Source: Dehalococcoidia bacterium
GTDB taxonomy: Bacteria; Chloroflexota; Dehalococcoidia; Lucifugimonadales; UBA3495
Assembly: GCA_045562555.1 (NCBI GenBank)
Contig: JBJKVO010000001.1
Coordinates: 262,089-326,088 of the forward strand
Reading direction: 5' to 3'
DNA: 64,000 bases
Within the stretch, counting starts at the first letter, position 1. Each line of letters starts with the position of its first letter. The position numbers were made by a program, and so were the translations under genes. Shown here piece by piece: positions 1 to 9,745 of this stretch. The notes under the pieces are model-generated. The model did not search any database. It was not told the DNA's origin and saw only the letters and a program-made list of their open reading frames with translations.

Positions 1-279
1 CATCGCTGCGTACACAGAGCTGTCTCCATGAGGATGATACTTACCTAATACTTCGCCGACTATTCGAGCACTTTTCTTATAAGAACTATTGGCCCGGATA
101 CCCATTTCATGCATTGAATATAAAATTCTTCGCTGTACGGGTTTTAGTCCATCTCTAACGTCAGGTAATGCTCTTGAAACTATGACGCTCATAGCATAAG
201 TAAGATAAGATTCCCTCATCTCATCTTCGATTCTAATTGGGGATATTCTATCTTGAGGAGTTGGATCAGTAGTAACCAT
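1..279 (-). CDS. gyrA: DNA gyrase subunit A, N-terminal 93 codons (gene runs off the window start)
   Basis: My own translation of the minus strand from ATG 279-277 gives [60 protein letters not shown]...[15 protein letters not shown]. This is the canonical GyrA N-terminus and QRDR. A GAGG lies upstream. The ORF is open-ended, so it is absent from the ORF track. Confidence 0.9.
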   Translation of the reverse strand, partial: MVTTDPTPQDRISPIRIEDEMRESYLTYAMSVIVSRALPDVRDGLKPVQRRILYSMHEMGIRANSSYKKSARIVGEVLGKYHPHGDSSVYAAM

Positions 280-296
280 TATGTGTATACCTCTTT

Positions 297-968
297 TTAA
301 ATTTCCTGTTTGATTTCACTGCGTTCCATTAAGGCCATAAACAAATTTACAAATAACCTTGGTAGTTCCTGTAATTTCTCTAGATTGAATTGGGTAGCAA
401 CTACCCATGAGTGATTAGGGCTTTCCAAGATCTCTATCAACCCATCTTCTACAGCATAAGCCATTGCGATTAAGTTATCGGATTTCTGCTTGTCGTAAAT
501 TCCTTGATTATGATAACTGTTAACCTTGAAAAACCCAGTTGTTCCCATAGTCGCTGATGTTTTTGCTCCAGGGGACAGGAAGATCAGATGTTCATGCCTT
601 GGGTCTTCATTCTCTTTTTGGCTCAAATGGTTAGATAGTATAGATACAGGTTTAGCTCCGCCTTCTAGAAGGTTTAGTAGATGAAAACCCCTCCCGATAC
701 ACAGTATAGGGAGGTCTCTTTCTAATCCTTGTTTAAGTATTTCCATTTCTGCTAATGCTAGTGAGTCGTCTATCTTTTCGTCGTCGTTAAAAGGTACTGA
801 AGGTCCGTCCATTACTAGGAGACCTGTAGTTTGAACTTGTAGTCGCTTAGTAAATATTTCCTCATTATTCAAGAAATGAAATTTTGCTCCGATATCGTTA
901 AGCGTAGTAGTACATAATTCGATATCTTTTGGGTTTCTGTCAGCTGTTACTATTCCAATCTCTCCCAT
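297..968 (-). CDS. class I glutamine amidotransferase-like / peptidase C26-type protein
   Basis: 223-aa [17 protein letters not shown] (C-x-G nucleophile-elbow-like) and NSYHNQG resemble the GATase1/C26 family. This is a family-level call only. Confidence 0.5.
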   Translation of the reverse strand: MGEIGIVTADRNPKDIELCTTTLNDIGAKFHFLNNEEIFTKRLQVQTTGLLVMDGPSVPFNDDEKIDDSLALAEMEILKQGLERDLPILCIGRGFHLLNLLEGGAKPVSILSNHLSQKENEDPRHEHLIFLSPGAKTSATMGTTGFFKVNSYHNQGIYDKQKSDNLIAMAYAVEDGLIEILESPNHSWVVATQFNLEKLQELPRLFVNLFMALMERSEIKQEI

Positions 969-1135
969 ATCTAAATAATTATAATTGAAACATAGAGTTT
1001 ACACAGCTATACAATGACATATATTCGTTGATTTGATGTGCATGCATTATAATAGGAATGAGATCTGTTAAATATGTATCAAAACTTTTAGAATTTGAGG
1101 ACAATTTTATCTAGAGATTTGATAGGAGTACTCTT

Positions 1136-2239
1136 ATGGAAGAAGTTATAAAGGGAGCCGTACAAGCGCTGAAAGAAGGTGAAAAGTGTGTGCTCGTTAC
1201 AGTAGTTCGAACTAAAGGTTCTACTCCACAAAAATCCGGAGCAATGTTACTAGTTAAGGAAGATGGTAGTGGTATAGGGACTTTAGGTGGAGGATGTGTG
1301 GAAGGGGACATTTGGTTCGCTGCCACAGAGATACTTCAGAAAAAGACAGGACCAGAATTTAAAGACTACTATTTGAATGAAGACATAGCGGCTCGCGATG
1401 GACTAGTGTGTGGGGGCTCGATGTACTTTTTCCTTGATCCATTACATGACAAACAAGATTTTCTAGGCATAGGCGAAAAACTGATTGATGCCTACAGTGG
1501 AAATTCTTCTATCACCATGGCGACTGTGGTTCGGAGTGACAGGGATGAATTAGTTCCGGGCTCCAAATTGATTATTGATAGTAACTCGTCCGTTTCTGGC
1601 ACGCTTGGGACGCAAGCTGTTGATGGTATCGCGACTGAAATAGGAAAAGATATAGCGGAAGTTGGTCAGATTCATAACTTAAACGTGGATGATAATGTTG
1701 AAGTGTTTATGGAAGGATTTACTATACCCCCCACATTATGCATGGTCGGAGGCGGGCATGTTGGTAAAGCTACAGCAGATTTGGCTGAACAGATTGGGTT
1801 CAACGTCATTATTGTGGATGATAGAGAGGAATTTTGTAATATCGATAGATTCCCGTATGCTAGCCAGCTAATACAGACCTCCTTTTCAAATTGGTCAGAT
1901 CAATTAGATATTCACACAAACACATTTGTCGTAGTTGCAACTAGAGGTCATAATTATGATGATCTTGCTCTTAGATCTGCGTTAAACACTAAAGCGAGAT
2001 ATATAGGCCTTTTGGGCAGTAAACGTAAAACAATCATGATTTATAAATTGCTAGCATCTGATGGCATACCTTTGGATAGACTGAATCAGGTTTATGCTCC
2101 TGTAGGACTGGATATCGGTGCACTTACTCCTGAAGAAATAGCCTTAAGCATCATGTCAGAATTGGTAATGGTTAGAAGAGGTGGTGGTGGCAGTCCTATG
2201 GCTATGGACAAAAAATACTTAGAAAATTTGCTTTCCTGA
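1136..2239 (+). CDS. XdhC/CoxI-family molybdoenzyme maturation protein
   Basis: 367 aa. N-terminal VVRTKGSTPQKSGAMLLV..GTLGGGCVE and C-terminal Rossmann-like MVGGGHVGKA...VVATRGHNYD are typical of XdhC. Confidence 0.8.
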   Translation: MEEVIKGAVQALKEGEKCVLVTVVRTKGSTPQKSGAMLLVKEDGSGIGTLGGGCVEGDIWFAATEILQKKTGPEFKDYYLNEDIAARDGLVCGGSMYFFLDPLHDKQDFLGIGEKLIDAYSGNSSITMATVVRSDRDELVPGSKLIIDSNSSVSGTLGTQAVDGIATEIGKDIAEVGQIHNLNVDDNVEVFMEGFTIPPTLCMVGGGHVGKATADLAEQIGFNVIIVDDREEFCNIDRFPYASQLIQTSFSNWSDQLDIHTNTFVVVATRGHNYDDLALRSALNTKARYIGLLGSKRKTIMIYKLLASDGIPLDRLNQVYAPVGLDIGALTPEEIALSIMSELVMVRRGGGGSPMAMDKKYLENLLS

Positions 2240-2242
2240 GAA

Positions 2243-2854
2243 ATGGCCACTTCGAGAAGAATTGCAGCACTTCTTTTGAGTGCTGGGTTATCTAGTAGGA
2301 TGCACCGACATAAAGCTTTGGTGGATTGGGGAGGTCGCTCCCTCTTGCGCTACCAAGTTGATACATTACTACAAGCAGGTTTGGATCAAATAGTGGTTGT
2401 GTTGGGTGCAAATCAAAGTAATATCAGACCTGAAATTGATAATTTAGATAATATTACCGTTGTTGTTAATCAGGATTTTGAAAACGGAAAGACAACATCT
2501 ATAACAACGGGAGCGGAGGCTTTACAAGAACTTGCGCCAGATGACCTGATGATATTGAATGTAGATCAACCTCGATCTGCAGAGATAATTCAAGATATTG
2601 TTCGTTTTCACAATCATTCTAAAAAAGGCATCACTATCCCGAGATTTAAGTCTAAGGGGGGGCATCCAATTGTATTAAGCGCATCATATCTTGATGATCT
2701 CAAACTTGTTAAGGAGAGTACTTTAGGATTAAAGCAATTAATGCTGGATAATGCAGATGATATTGGTGATTTTTTTGCAGATAGTGAAGAGATATTAATC
2801 GATATGAATACTGAAGCTGAATATAATTCGGCGAAGCTTTTTTTTGGGATATAA
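2243..2854 (+). CDS. MobA-like NTP transferase, probable molybdenum cofactor cytidylyltransferase (MocA-type)
   Basis: 203 aa with an AALLLSAGLSSRM nucleotide-binding N-terminus. It starts 4 nt after the xdhC-like stop, so the two are probably an operon. Confidence 0.7.
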   Translation: MATSRRIAALLLSAGLSSRMHRHKALVDWGGRSLLRYQVDTLLQAGLDQIVVVLGANQSNIRPEIDNLDNITVVVNQDFENGKTTSITTGAEALQELAPDDLMILNVDQPRSAEIIQDIVRFHNHSKKGITIPRFKSKGGHPIVLSASYLDDLKLVKESTLGLKQLMLDNADDIGDFFADSEEILIDMNTEAEYNSAKLFFGI

Positions 2855-2983
2855 GGGTCTAAAAATAATATTTTCATTGTGATATGTCATATTCAAACAG
2901 GAGTACTATTCTTAGTATGAATAAGACCTATCATGCAAGCTATGATTTGAGTCACGGTATGGTATAAACTACCTGCACATTTA

Positions 2984-3012
2984 TTGACAATACGGTTCTA
3001 TGTTGGTACTTT
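2984..3012 (+). promoter_or_regulatory. candidate sigma70-type promoter for the tRNA-Lys/tRNA-Leu (and possibly oppDF) transcript
   Basis: TTGACA (2984-2989), a 17-nt spacer, then TACTTT (3007-3012), about 24 nt upstream of tRNA-Lys. Confidence 0.35.
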
Positions 3013-3035
3013 GAACGTGTGAGTCATATTGTAAT

Positions 3036-3107
<72 letters not shown>

Positions 3108-3160
3108 CGAAGAATCTGCATCGAGGGATCAAATGATGAACATGATAAGTGCGATCCTCC

Positions 3161-3245
3161 GGGGGAGTGTCGGAATTGGTAGACGAGCATGACTTAGGAT
3201 CATGTGCCCTTGGGCGTGAGAGTTCGAGTCTCTCCTTCCCCACCA
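3161..3245 (+). tRNA. tRNA-Leu (anticodon TAG), long variable arm, CCA encoded
   Basis: Acceptor GGGGGAG/CTTCCCC, anticodon loop CTTAGGA, T-arm GAGAG-TTCGAGT-CTCTC, discriminator A followed by CCA. Confidence 0.9.
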
Positions 3246-3279
3246 AATAGAAACTAGAACAATAGAAAGAGGTATTACA

Positions 3280-4260
3280 TTGGCAACACTGTTAGAAGTT
3301 AAAGATCTACGGACTTATTTTTACACCTACGAAGGTGTTGTGAAAGCAGTAGACGGTATATCTTATGAAGTCGAAGAAGGGGAAACACTTGCAATCGTTG
3401 GTGAAAGTGGTTGCGGTAAGAGTGTTGGAGCTTTATCACTGATGAGATTGATACCAGACCCACCAGGAAAGATTATTGATGGCGAGATACTCTTTGACGG
3501 AGAAGATGTTTTAAAAGTAGACCTTGACGATATGAGAGAGATTAGAGGCGGAAAAATGTCAATGGTCTTCCAAGAACCGATGACCTCATTAAATCCTGTG
3601 TTGACCGTCGAACGCCAACTCAGTGAGACATTGCAACTGCACAAGGAAATGAGTAGATCGGAAGCTGCCAAAGAAGCGGTAAACCTGCTTGAAAGAGTCG
3701 GTATCCCTGATCCTGAGAGCCGCGTAAAGCAATACCCACATCAATTTAGTGGAGGCATGAGACAAAGAGTGATGATTGCTATGGCTTTAAGTTGCAATCC
3801 TAGATTGATCATAGCAGATGAGCCTACTACTGCTTTGGATGTGACAATCCAGGCACAGATTTTGGAATTAATGAAATCACTCACCACAGAATTTGGAGTG
3901 GCACTGATTATTATCACTCACAATTTAGGGGTGGTTGCGAGGTACGCTGACAGAGTTAACATAATGTACGGAGGGAAAATCATTGAACGAGGTACAGCTC
4001 AAGAGATATATGCGGATCCCAAACACCCATATACTCGTGGTTTGTTGAAATCGGTTCCACGATTAGACCTTCCAAGGACTGATAAATTGGATCCTATTGA
4101 AGGACAACCACCTGATTTGGTTGATCCTCCTGCGGGATGTGTATTCAGAGAAAGATGTCCAGACCCGACTGAAGAATGTAAACAAGGGTCCATCGAAATG
4201 AAATTGATAGAAGTTAGCCCAGGCCATTGGGTAGACCAATGCTGTGTTAATTGTGGGTAA
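3280..4260 (+). CDS. oligopeptide/dipeptide ABC transporter ATP-binding protein (OppD/DppD-type)
   Basis: Walker A GESGCGKS, signature FSGGMRQR, Walker B LIIADEPTTALD. The C-terminal oligopeptide-type domain is Cys-rich. TTG start with an AGAGG RBS. Confidence 0.85.
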   Translation: MATLLEVKDLRTYFYTYEGVVKAVDGISYEVEEGETLAIVGESGCGKSVGALSLMRLIPDPPGKIIDGEILFDGEDVLKVDLDDMREIRGGKMSMVFQEPMTSLNPVLTVERQLSETLQLHKEMSRSEAAKEAVNLLERVGIPDPESRVKQYPHQFSGGMRQRVMIAMALSCNPRLIIADEPTTALDVTIQAQILELMKSLTTEFGVALIIITHNLGVVARYADRVNIMYGGKIIERGTAQEIYADPKHPYTRGLLKSVPRLDLPRTDKLDPIEGQPPDLVDPPAGCVFRERCPDPTEECKQGSIEMKLIEVSPGHWVDQCCVNCG

Positions 4261-4309
4261 TTCCTGGATTATAGTATCAAATTAAATTCCAATGACTGGA
4301 GCGATTTAG

Positions 4310-5332
4310 ATGACAACTCAAACCAAAGATGAAGCAATAAAAACTGATACTTTGTTAGAAGTAAAAAACTTAAAAATGCACTTTCCTGTGACTGCAGGGA
4401 TAGTGTTCCAGAGAGAAGTTGCGAGTATTAAGGCTGTGGATGATATAAGCTTTGATGTTTTGCGCGGAGAAACATTCGGTTTAGTAGGGGAAAGTGGCTG
4501 TGGTAAGACAACTACTGGACGCTGTATTCTCCAGCTGAATACACCTACTGCGGGGTCAATTAAATTTGAAGGGAATGAACTAACAGAGTTCACTGGTTCT
4601 GAAATGAGGTCGATGCGTAAAGAAATGCAAGTTATATTTCAGGATCCATATAGTTCGCTAAATCCTCGAATGACTACAGGCGGGATTGTCGGAGAGCCAT
4701 TGGTAGTACACGGACTAGTTGACGGCAAAAATGAGTATAGAGATAGAGTAGAAGAGCTGCTTACAAACGTGGGACTGAATCCGTATATGGCTGAAAGGTA
4801 TCCTCATGAGTTTAGTGGTGGGCAACGACAAAGAATAGGTGTAGCAAGAGCTTTGTCAGTGAATCCTAAGTTTATAGTATGCGACGAGCCTGTTTCTGCG
4901 TTGGATGTATCAATTCAGGCCCAGTTAATTAATCTATTAGAAGAATTGCAGCAGAAATTACAACTGACTTACTTGTTTATAGCCCATGATTTATCAGTAG
5001 TTAGGCATATAAGCAATAGAGTTGCTGTTATGTATTTGGGGCACATCGTTGAGATTGCTGATAGGGACGAAATATATGCGAATCCTATCCACCCATATAC
5101 TAGAGCATTATTATCTGCGGTGCCTATTCCAGACCCTGTGATAGACGCTCAAAGAGAAAGAGTATTACTTGCAGGAGATGTTCCTTCTCCTCTAAATCCT
5201 CCATCAGGATGTGTCTTTAGAACCAGATGTCCTAAACCGACAGATGAATGTAGAGATGGACATAGCACCATGGGATTGATCGAGAAAAGTCCTGGTCATT
5301 GGGTAGATCAATGTTGTGTAAATTGCGGATAG
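4310..5332 (+). CDS. oligopeptide/dipeptide ABC transporter ATP-binding protein (OppF/DppF-type)
   Basis: Walker A GESGCGKT, signature FSGGQRQR, Walker [13 protein letters not shown]. Its C-terminal tail is the same as in the preceding gene. Confidence 0.85.
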   Translation: MTTQTKDEAIKTDTLLEVKNLKMHFPVTAGIVFQREVASIKAVDDISFDVLRGETFGLVGESGCGKTTTGRCILQLNTPTAGSIKFEGNELTEFTGSEMRSMRKEMQVIFQDPYSSLNPRMTTGGIVGEPLVVHGLVDGKNEYRDRVEELLTNVGLNPYMAERYPHEFSGGQRQRIGVARALSVNPKFIVCDEPVSALDVSIQAQLINLLEELQQKLQLTYLFIAHDLSVVRHISNRVAVMYLGHIVEIADRDEIYANPIHPYTRALLSAVPIPDPVIDAQRERVLLAGDVPSPLNPPSGCVFRTRCPKPTDECRDGHSTMGLIEKSPGHWVDQCCVNCG

Positions 5333-5428
5333 TACAGTAATTAATATTACTAAGTTCAGATGAGGACATAACGCTACAAAGCGTGTATCATTTCCGTTAT
5401 AAACTATACAATCATGATGTAAGGTAAC

Positions 5429-7267
5429 ATGGATCCAGCCAATATAAGGAATTTTTCTATAATTGCACATATAGATCACGGAAAGTCGACCCTGGCTGAT
5501 CGTTTTCTAGAAATCACAGGAACAGTGCGCCCACAAGATATGAAAGCCCAGTTTTTGGATCGTATGGATCTTGAACGAGAACGCGGTATCACTATCAAAG
5601 GTAAAGCTGTTTCTATGAGTCATGTCGGGGTAAACGGTAACGAATATCAATTGAATCTAATTGACACTCCAGGTCATGTCGACTTCAGCTATGAAGTTTC
5701 TAGATCATTGGCTGCTTGTGAAGGAGCATTACTAGTCGTGGATGCTAGCCAAGGAATAGAGGCTCAGACTATTGCCAATGCACTGCTAGCTCTTGATTAT
5801 GATTTGGTGCTGATCCCAGTAATCAATAAGATTGACTTACCGCAAGCTGAACCAGACAGGGTTGCGTCTGAATTGATGCAGGTATTTGGATTCACAGAGG
5901 ATGAGCTTCTTTTTGTATCTGCTAAAGAAGGTACCGGGGCTTTGAATATCCTAAATGAAGTAATTACAAGAATCCCTAGTCCAACAGGATCTCCAGATTC
6001 CGATTTCAGAGCTCTCATATTTGATTCTTTGTACGATTCCTATAAAGGTATTATCGGATATGTCCGAGCCACGGATGGCAGCATAAATGATACAGATAAG
6101 ATTAGAGTGATGTCGTCTGATAAAGAAGCGGACATAGTTGAACTTGGAATCTTCAACCCTGGACCTACTCCTGTGAAGACATTGTATGCAGGCCAAGTGG
6201 GTTATGTTGCTACAGGTTTTAAAGATGTCAAAGAGTGTTCCGTAGGAGACACATTGACTAACTCATTACGCCCTGCAATAACACCTCTAGAAGGATACAA
6301 ACCTCTTAAATCTATGGTGTTTGCAGGACTGTATCCTTCGGATGGAGAAGATTATGATAATTTAAGAAGTGCCTTGCAAAAACTTCAATTGAATGATGCT
6401 TCATTAACGATACAACCAGAAAACAGTACTGCATTAGGCTTTGGTTTTAGATGTGGATTCTTAGGTCTAATGCATCTCGAAATAGTTCAGGAAAGACTTG
6501 AGAGAGAATACAATTTAGATATTATAGCCACTGCACCGAACGTATCCTATAGGGTTCACTTGCGAACAGGAGAAGAAATAGTTGTTGAGAATCCAACCTA
6601 CTTTCCTAATCCTTCTGAGATTGATCACATAGAAGAACCTATGTTGAGATTAACTATCGTAGTTCCAGGAAAATTCGTAGGATCGGTTATGGAATTGATG
6701 CATAGTAAACGGTCTGAATATATACGAATGGAATACATTCAGTCCTTGCCTGGAGATGAAGATTCCTCAGAATCTAACAGCACCGGACGTGTGATGATGG
6801 AATATACAATGCCACTATCAGAGATGATCACCGATTTCTATAATCAAATAAAATCTAAAACTCAGGGGTATGCATCACTGGATTACTCCTTAGATGGTTA
6901 TAAGGCCTCCCAATTAATCAAGATCGATATATTGGTAAATAAATATGCAGTAGAAGCATTGTCTATGATAGTGCATAAAGATCAAGCTGTGCATTATGGA
7001 AGATCGTTAGTTAGTAAATTACATGGTACTATTCCTCGGCAAATGTTTGAGGTACCAATTCAAGCCTCTATAGGCGGGCGTGTTATCGCAAGGGAAACTG
7101 TTAGAGCTGTTCGGAAAGATGTGCTTGCAAAATGTTATGGTGGCGATATAACACGGAAAAGAAAGTTGCTGGAGAAACAAAAAGAGGGTAAAAAGCGTTT
7201 GAAAAGTATAGGCAGGGTTGAAGTGCCTCAAGAAGCGTTTCTTACTTTAATGAATATCAACTCTTAG
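5429..7267 (+). CDS. lepA: translation elongation factor 4
   Basis: IRNFSIIAHIDHGKSTLADR, DTPGHVDF, NKIDL and the LepA-specific C-terminal region ...KCYGGDITRKRKLLEKQKEGKKRLK. Confidence 0.95.
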   Translation: MDPANIRNFSIIAHIDHGKSTLADRFLEITGTVRPQDMKAQFLDRMDLERERGITIKGKAVSMSHVGVNGNEYQLNLIDTPGHVDFSYEVSRSLAACEGALLVVDASQGIEAQTIANALLALDYDLVLIPVINKIDLPQAEPDRVASELMQVFGFTEDELLFVSAKEGTGALNILNEVITRIPSPTGSPDSDFRALIFDSLYDSYKGIIGYVRATDGSINDTDKIRVMSSDKEADIVELGIFNPGPTPVKTLYAGQVGYVATGFKDVKECSVGDTLTNSLRPAITPLEGYKPLKSMVFAGLYPSDGEDYDNLRSALQKLQLNDASLTIQPENSTALGFGFRCGFLGLMHLEIVQERLEREYNLDIIATAPNVSYRVHLRTGEEIVVENPTYFPNPSEIDHIEEPMLRLTIVVPGKFVGSVMELMHSKRSEYIRMEYIQSLPGDEDSSESNSTGRVMMEYTMPLSEMITDFYNQIKSKTQGYASLDYSLDGYKASQLIKIDILVNKYAVEALSMIVHKDQAVHYGRSLVSKLHGTIPRQMFEVPIQASIGGRVIARETVRAVRKDVLAKCYGGDITRKRKLLEKQKEGKKRLKSIGRVEVPQEAFLTLMNINS

Positions 7268-7749
7268 TTGTTAAGATTTGTCATATCATACAAATGTTCC
7301 GACCAATGTCTGACAAACAATCTATCTAACAAAGTTCGTGCCGAGCGATCTTCTTTAAAGCCTCGTTTAGGGAAAGAGGTTTCTATGATTATAGTGTCTA
7401 ATTTAGACTGGTTATATGAGGCTAATACTTTGTGAAAAGCGTAGGAATAATTGTCTAAATCCTTAAGTATTTCAATATGATTAAAGACTCTTCTTTCTTC
7501 ATTAAGATTGTCTAGGTCAGGGATGATTTCAAGAATAAAGTCCGGGATCGACATAGCTTGCTCTAATCCAGTGTGTAGGCCGCCTATAGGCGTATCGATC
7601 AAATGATATATATGCTGGCGGAGACTCCATCCATCTTTTCCTAAAGGTTTGTCCAAATCACAATATGGTTTAGAGATAATCGCTTTAATTGTATGTATGA
7701 AGGCATCTAAAATGCTTATGTAATTATTGTTTTGGAGGTTTAATGTCAT
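7264..7749 (-). CDS. DinB/YfiT-like (DinB_2-type) hypothetical protein
   Basis: 161 aa. Helical protein with spaced His residues (QHIYHLID, RHWSEHL) reminiscent of the DinB superfamily. Its start abuts the galU stop. Weak call. Confidence 0.35.
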   Translation of the reverse strand: MTLNLQNNNYISILDAFIHTIKAIISKPYCDLDKPLGKDGWSLRQHIYHLIDTPIGGLHTGLEQAMSIPDFILEIIPDLDNLNEERRVFNHIEILKDLDNYSYAFHKVLASYNQSKLDTIIIETSFPKRGFKEDRSARTLLDRLFVRHWSEHLYDMTNLNN

Positions 7750-8523
7750 TTAGTATTGTCCAGAAACCAGATTAGGATTTTGCGATGCAAACATAGATGC
7801 CGATAATAACCCTGGAGGGGTTCCAATGTCAAAATGATTGCCTTGCACTATGTGTTTATAGAAATCCTGGTGTTCCATCATCAAATTCAAGCTGTCGGTT
7901 AGTTGTATTTCTTTATTAACTGTTGGCTTGGCAGTTTGTAAATAATTAAATATTTCCGGTTCAAGAATGTATCGTCCTAGTGCACAAAAGTTGCTTGGAG
8001 CTTTATGCGGCTCTGGTTTTTCTACGATTCCAGTTATCCGATCACCGTCAGATTTTATTACTCCGTAATTACTTAATAAATTGGTAGGTGTCTTCTTCAC
8101 GCATAATACAGAGCTTCGCGATTCTTGGTAGAGATCTATCATCTGTTTCAATGCTGGTGGGTAAGAGAAAATGATGTCGTCTGGTAACATTACCCCGAAG
8201 ACCTCATCTCCCACCAATGTTTGAGATTGTAATATAGCGTGCCCCAACCCCAATGGGGATTCTTGAATTAATTCACTCGCAGATATTCCGTTAGTATTGT
8301 GTTCTCGATTGAATTGAAAAATCCATTCGCTTAAAAGAGGTTTGTTTCTAGAATTTATGATTATTAAGTCCTGAATGCCAGATCTGATAGCTTCATTAGC
8401 AATATGCTGAATTGCTGGTACATTTAGAACAGGTAATAGTTCTTTGGGAATTATCTTTGTAGTTGGATAAAACCTTGTACCTAACCCTGCAGCAGGAATT
8501 ACTATTTTAGTGATCAAGTTCAT
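7750..8523 (-). CDS. galU: UTP--glucose-1-phosphate uridylyltransferase
   Basis: KIVIPAAGLGTRFYPTTKIIPKELLPV N-terminal signature, plus a VEKP motif. Confidence 0.85.
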   Translation of the reverse strand: MNLITKIVIPAAGLGTRFYPTTKIIPKELLPVLNVPAIQHIANEAIRSGIQDLIIINSRNKPLLSEWIFQFNREHNTNGISASELIQESPLGLGHAILQSQTLVGDEVFGVMLPDDIIFSYPPALKQMIDLYQESRSSVLCVKKTPTNLLSNYGVIKSDGDRITGIVEKPEPHKAPSNFCALGRYILEPEIFNYLQTAKPTVNKEIQLTDSLNLMMEHQDFYKHIVQGNHFDIGTPPGLLSASMFASQNPNLVSGQY

Positions 8524-8623
8524 AACCCAAATCTTTTGCGTTTAATACTAACTCTATATTCTTTAATTATAAAGGTAAAACTAACTGATTGACACGAAGG
8601 TACATCTCAAATACGATATTATA

Positions 8624-8892
8624 GGTTGTGCTAGATGGGGAATTAGCGGAGCCCTGTACCTGCAATCCGCTAGAGCAGGATTGAATTCCTTGCTTAGGGA
8701 TTCTGTAATCATTTCTCTGGCAGATTTCATTACGTTGATGTTTGGGCCTTACGCGACAGAGCCCCGCGAACCCCGCCAGGTCCGGAAGGAAGCAACGGTA
8801 AGTGGACCGCTTTGGGTGCCGTGAGAACACTCAGACTGAGTTATGAAATTTGTTACGAATGATTGCTGAGTTACGAAGTGAGGTGCACGACC
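8624..8892 (+). ncRNA. ffs: signal recognition particle RNA, long (Bacillus-type, Alu-domain-containing) form
   Basis: Domain IV core CCAGGTCCGGAAGGAAGCAAC at 8776-8796. The 5' Alu-like block AGCGGAGCCCTGTACCTGCAATCCGCTAGAGCAGG (8645-8679) closely resembles the B. subtilis scRNA as I remember it. A terminal helix pairs GGTTGTGC (8624-8631) with GCACGACC (8885-8892). The ends are approximate. Confidence 0.85.
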
Positions 8893-8922
8893 ACCTCTAA
8901 TATCACAATATAGGATAAGTGT

Positions 8923-9732
8923 TTGAGATATAGAGCTCAAAAATCCCTGGGACAAAACTTTATTAATGACGACAGTGTCATATTTTCTGCAATAAATGCG
9001 GCAGAAATAAGTGGCGAAGATTTGATTGTAGAGATAGGTCCAGGAACAGGGAAATTGACGGAACCTTTATTAGGATTAGCCAGGCAGGTTATCGGGATAG
9101 AACTAGACCAAGATCTTGCTCTTAAACTATCAAATCACTTGAAAGATTTTGATAATTTCTCGTTGATCACTGAAGATGCGAGGCATGTGGACTACGGCAA
9201 AGTTACTAATAATCAGTCTTACAAGATAATGTCTAATCTACCTTATTATGCTGCTACATTTTTCTTGCGTACATTCTTAGAACTAAATCATAAACCGGAA
9301 TTAATGGTTTTAATGTTTCAAAAAGAGGTTGCTGACAATGTACTCGCGAGCCCAGGGTCAATGCGTTTATTATCTGTGATCACTCAGATCTTGTGTAATG
9401 TGGAGCGGGTGTGTGACGTTCCTAAAGAGGCATTTGAACCTTCTCCTAAAGTAGACTCTTCTATAATCAAATTAATTCCTAAAACAGATGATTTCATAAC
9501 GGCGTCGAATTATGTAGCCTTTTGCGATTTGTTGCGAGCAGGTTTTTCATCTCCTAGGAAAACTATTTCTAACTCTTTATCGATAATACTAAAAAAACCC
9601 AAGCCCGAATGCATTGCAGTGTTAAATGATTGTTATATAGATCCCTTGCGTCGTGCTGAAACTTTAGAATTAGCAGAATGGGAGTTTCTGTTCAACAATG
9701 GTTACTCTAAATTATTTAACAGTGGAGAATAG
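8923..9732 (+). CDS. rsmA: 16S rRNA (adenine1518/1519-N6)-dimethyltransferase
   Basis: KSLGQNFI, EIGPGTGKLT, MSNLPYY. TTG start. Confidence 0.9.
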   Translation: MRYRAQKSLGQNFINDDSVIFSAINAAEISGEDLIVEIGPGTGKLTEPLLGLARQVIGIELDQDLALKLSNHLKDFDNFSLITEDARHVDYGKVTNNQSYKIMSNLPYYAATFFLRTFLELNHKPELMVLMFQKEVADNVLASPGSMRLLSVITQILCNVERVCDVPKEAFEPSPKVDSSIIKLIPKTDDFITASNYVAFCDLLRAGFSSPRKTISNSLSIILKKPKPECIAVLNDCYIDPLRRAETLELAEWEFLFNNGYSKLFNSGE

Positions 9733-9745
9733 AAGAGGTATCTAG

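Noticed and set aside
1045-1075. A third partial copy of the twin-promoter block. On the minus strand it reads ...CAGATCTCATTCCTATTATAAT, sharing CTCATTCC-N-ATT-TA-N-AAT, upstream of the GATase-like gene.
   Set aside because: It lacks the TTGACA and the left palindrome arm. Only about 14 nt are similar, which could be chance in AT-rich DNA. I mention it only as something to include in a motif scan.
8567-8955. Two minus-strand ORFs (87 aa and 68 aa) between galU and rsmA.
   Set aside because: They overlap the SRP RNA gene on the opposite strand. They have no RBS and low-complexity translations, so they are shadows of a structured RNA gene.
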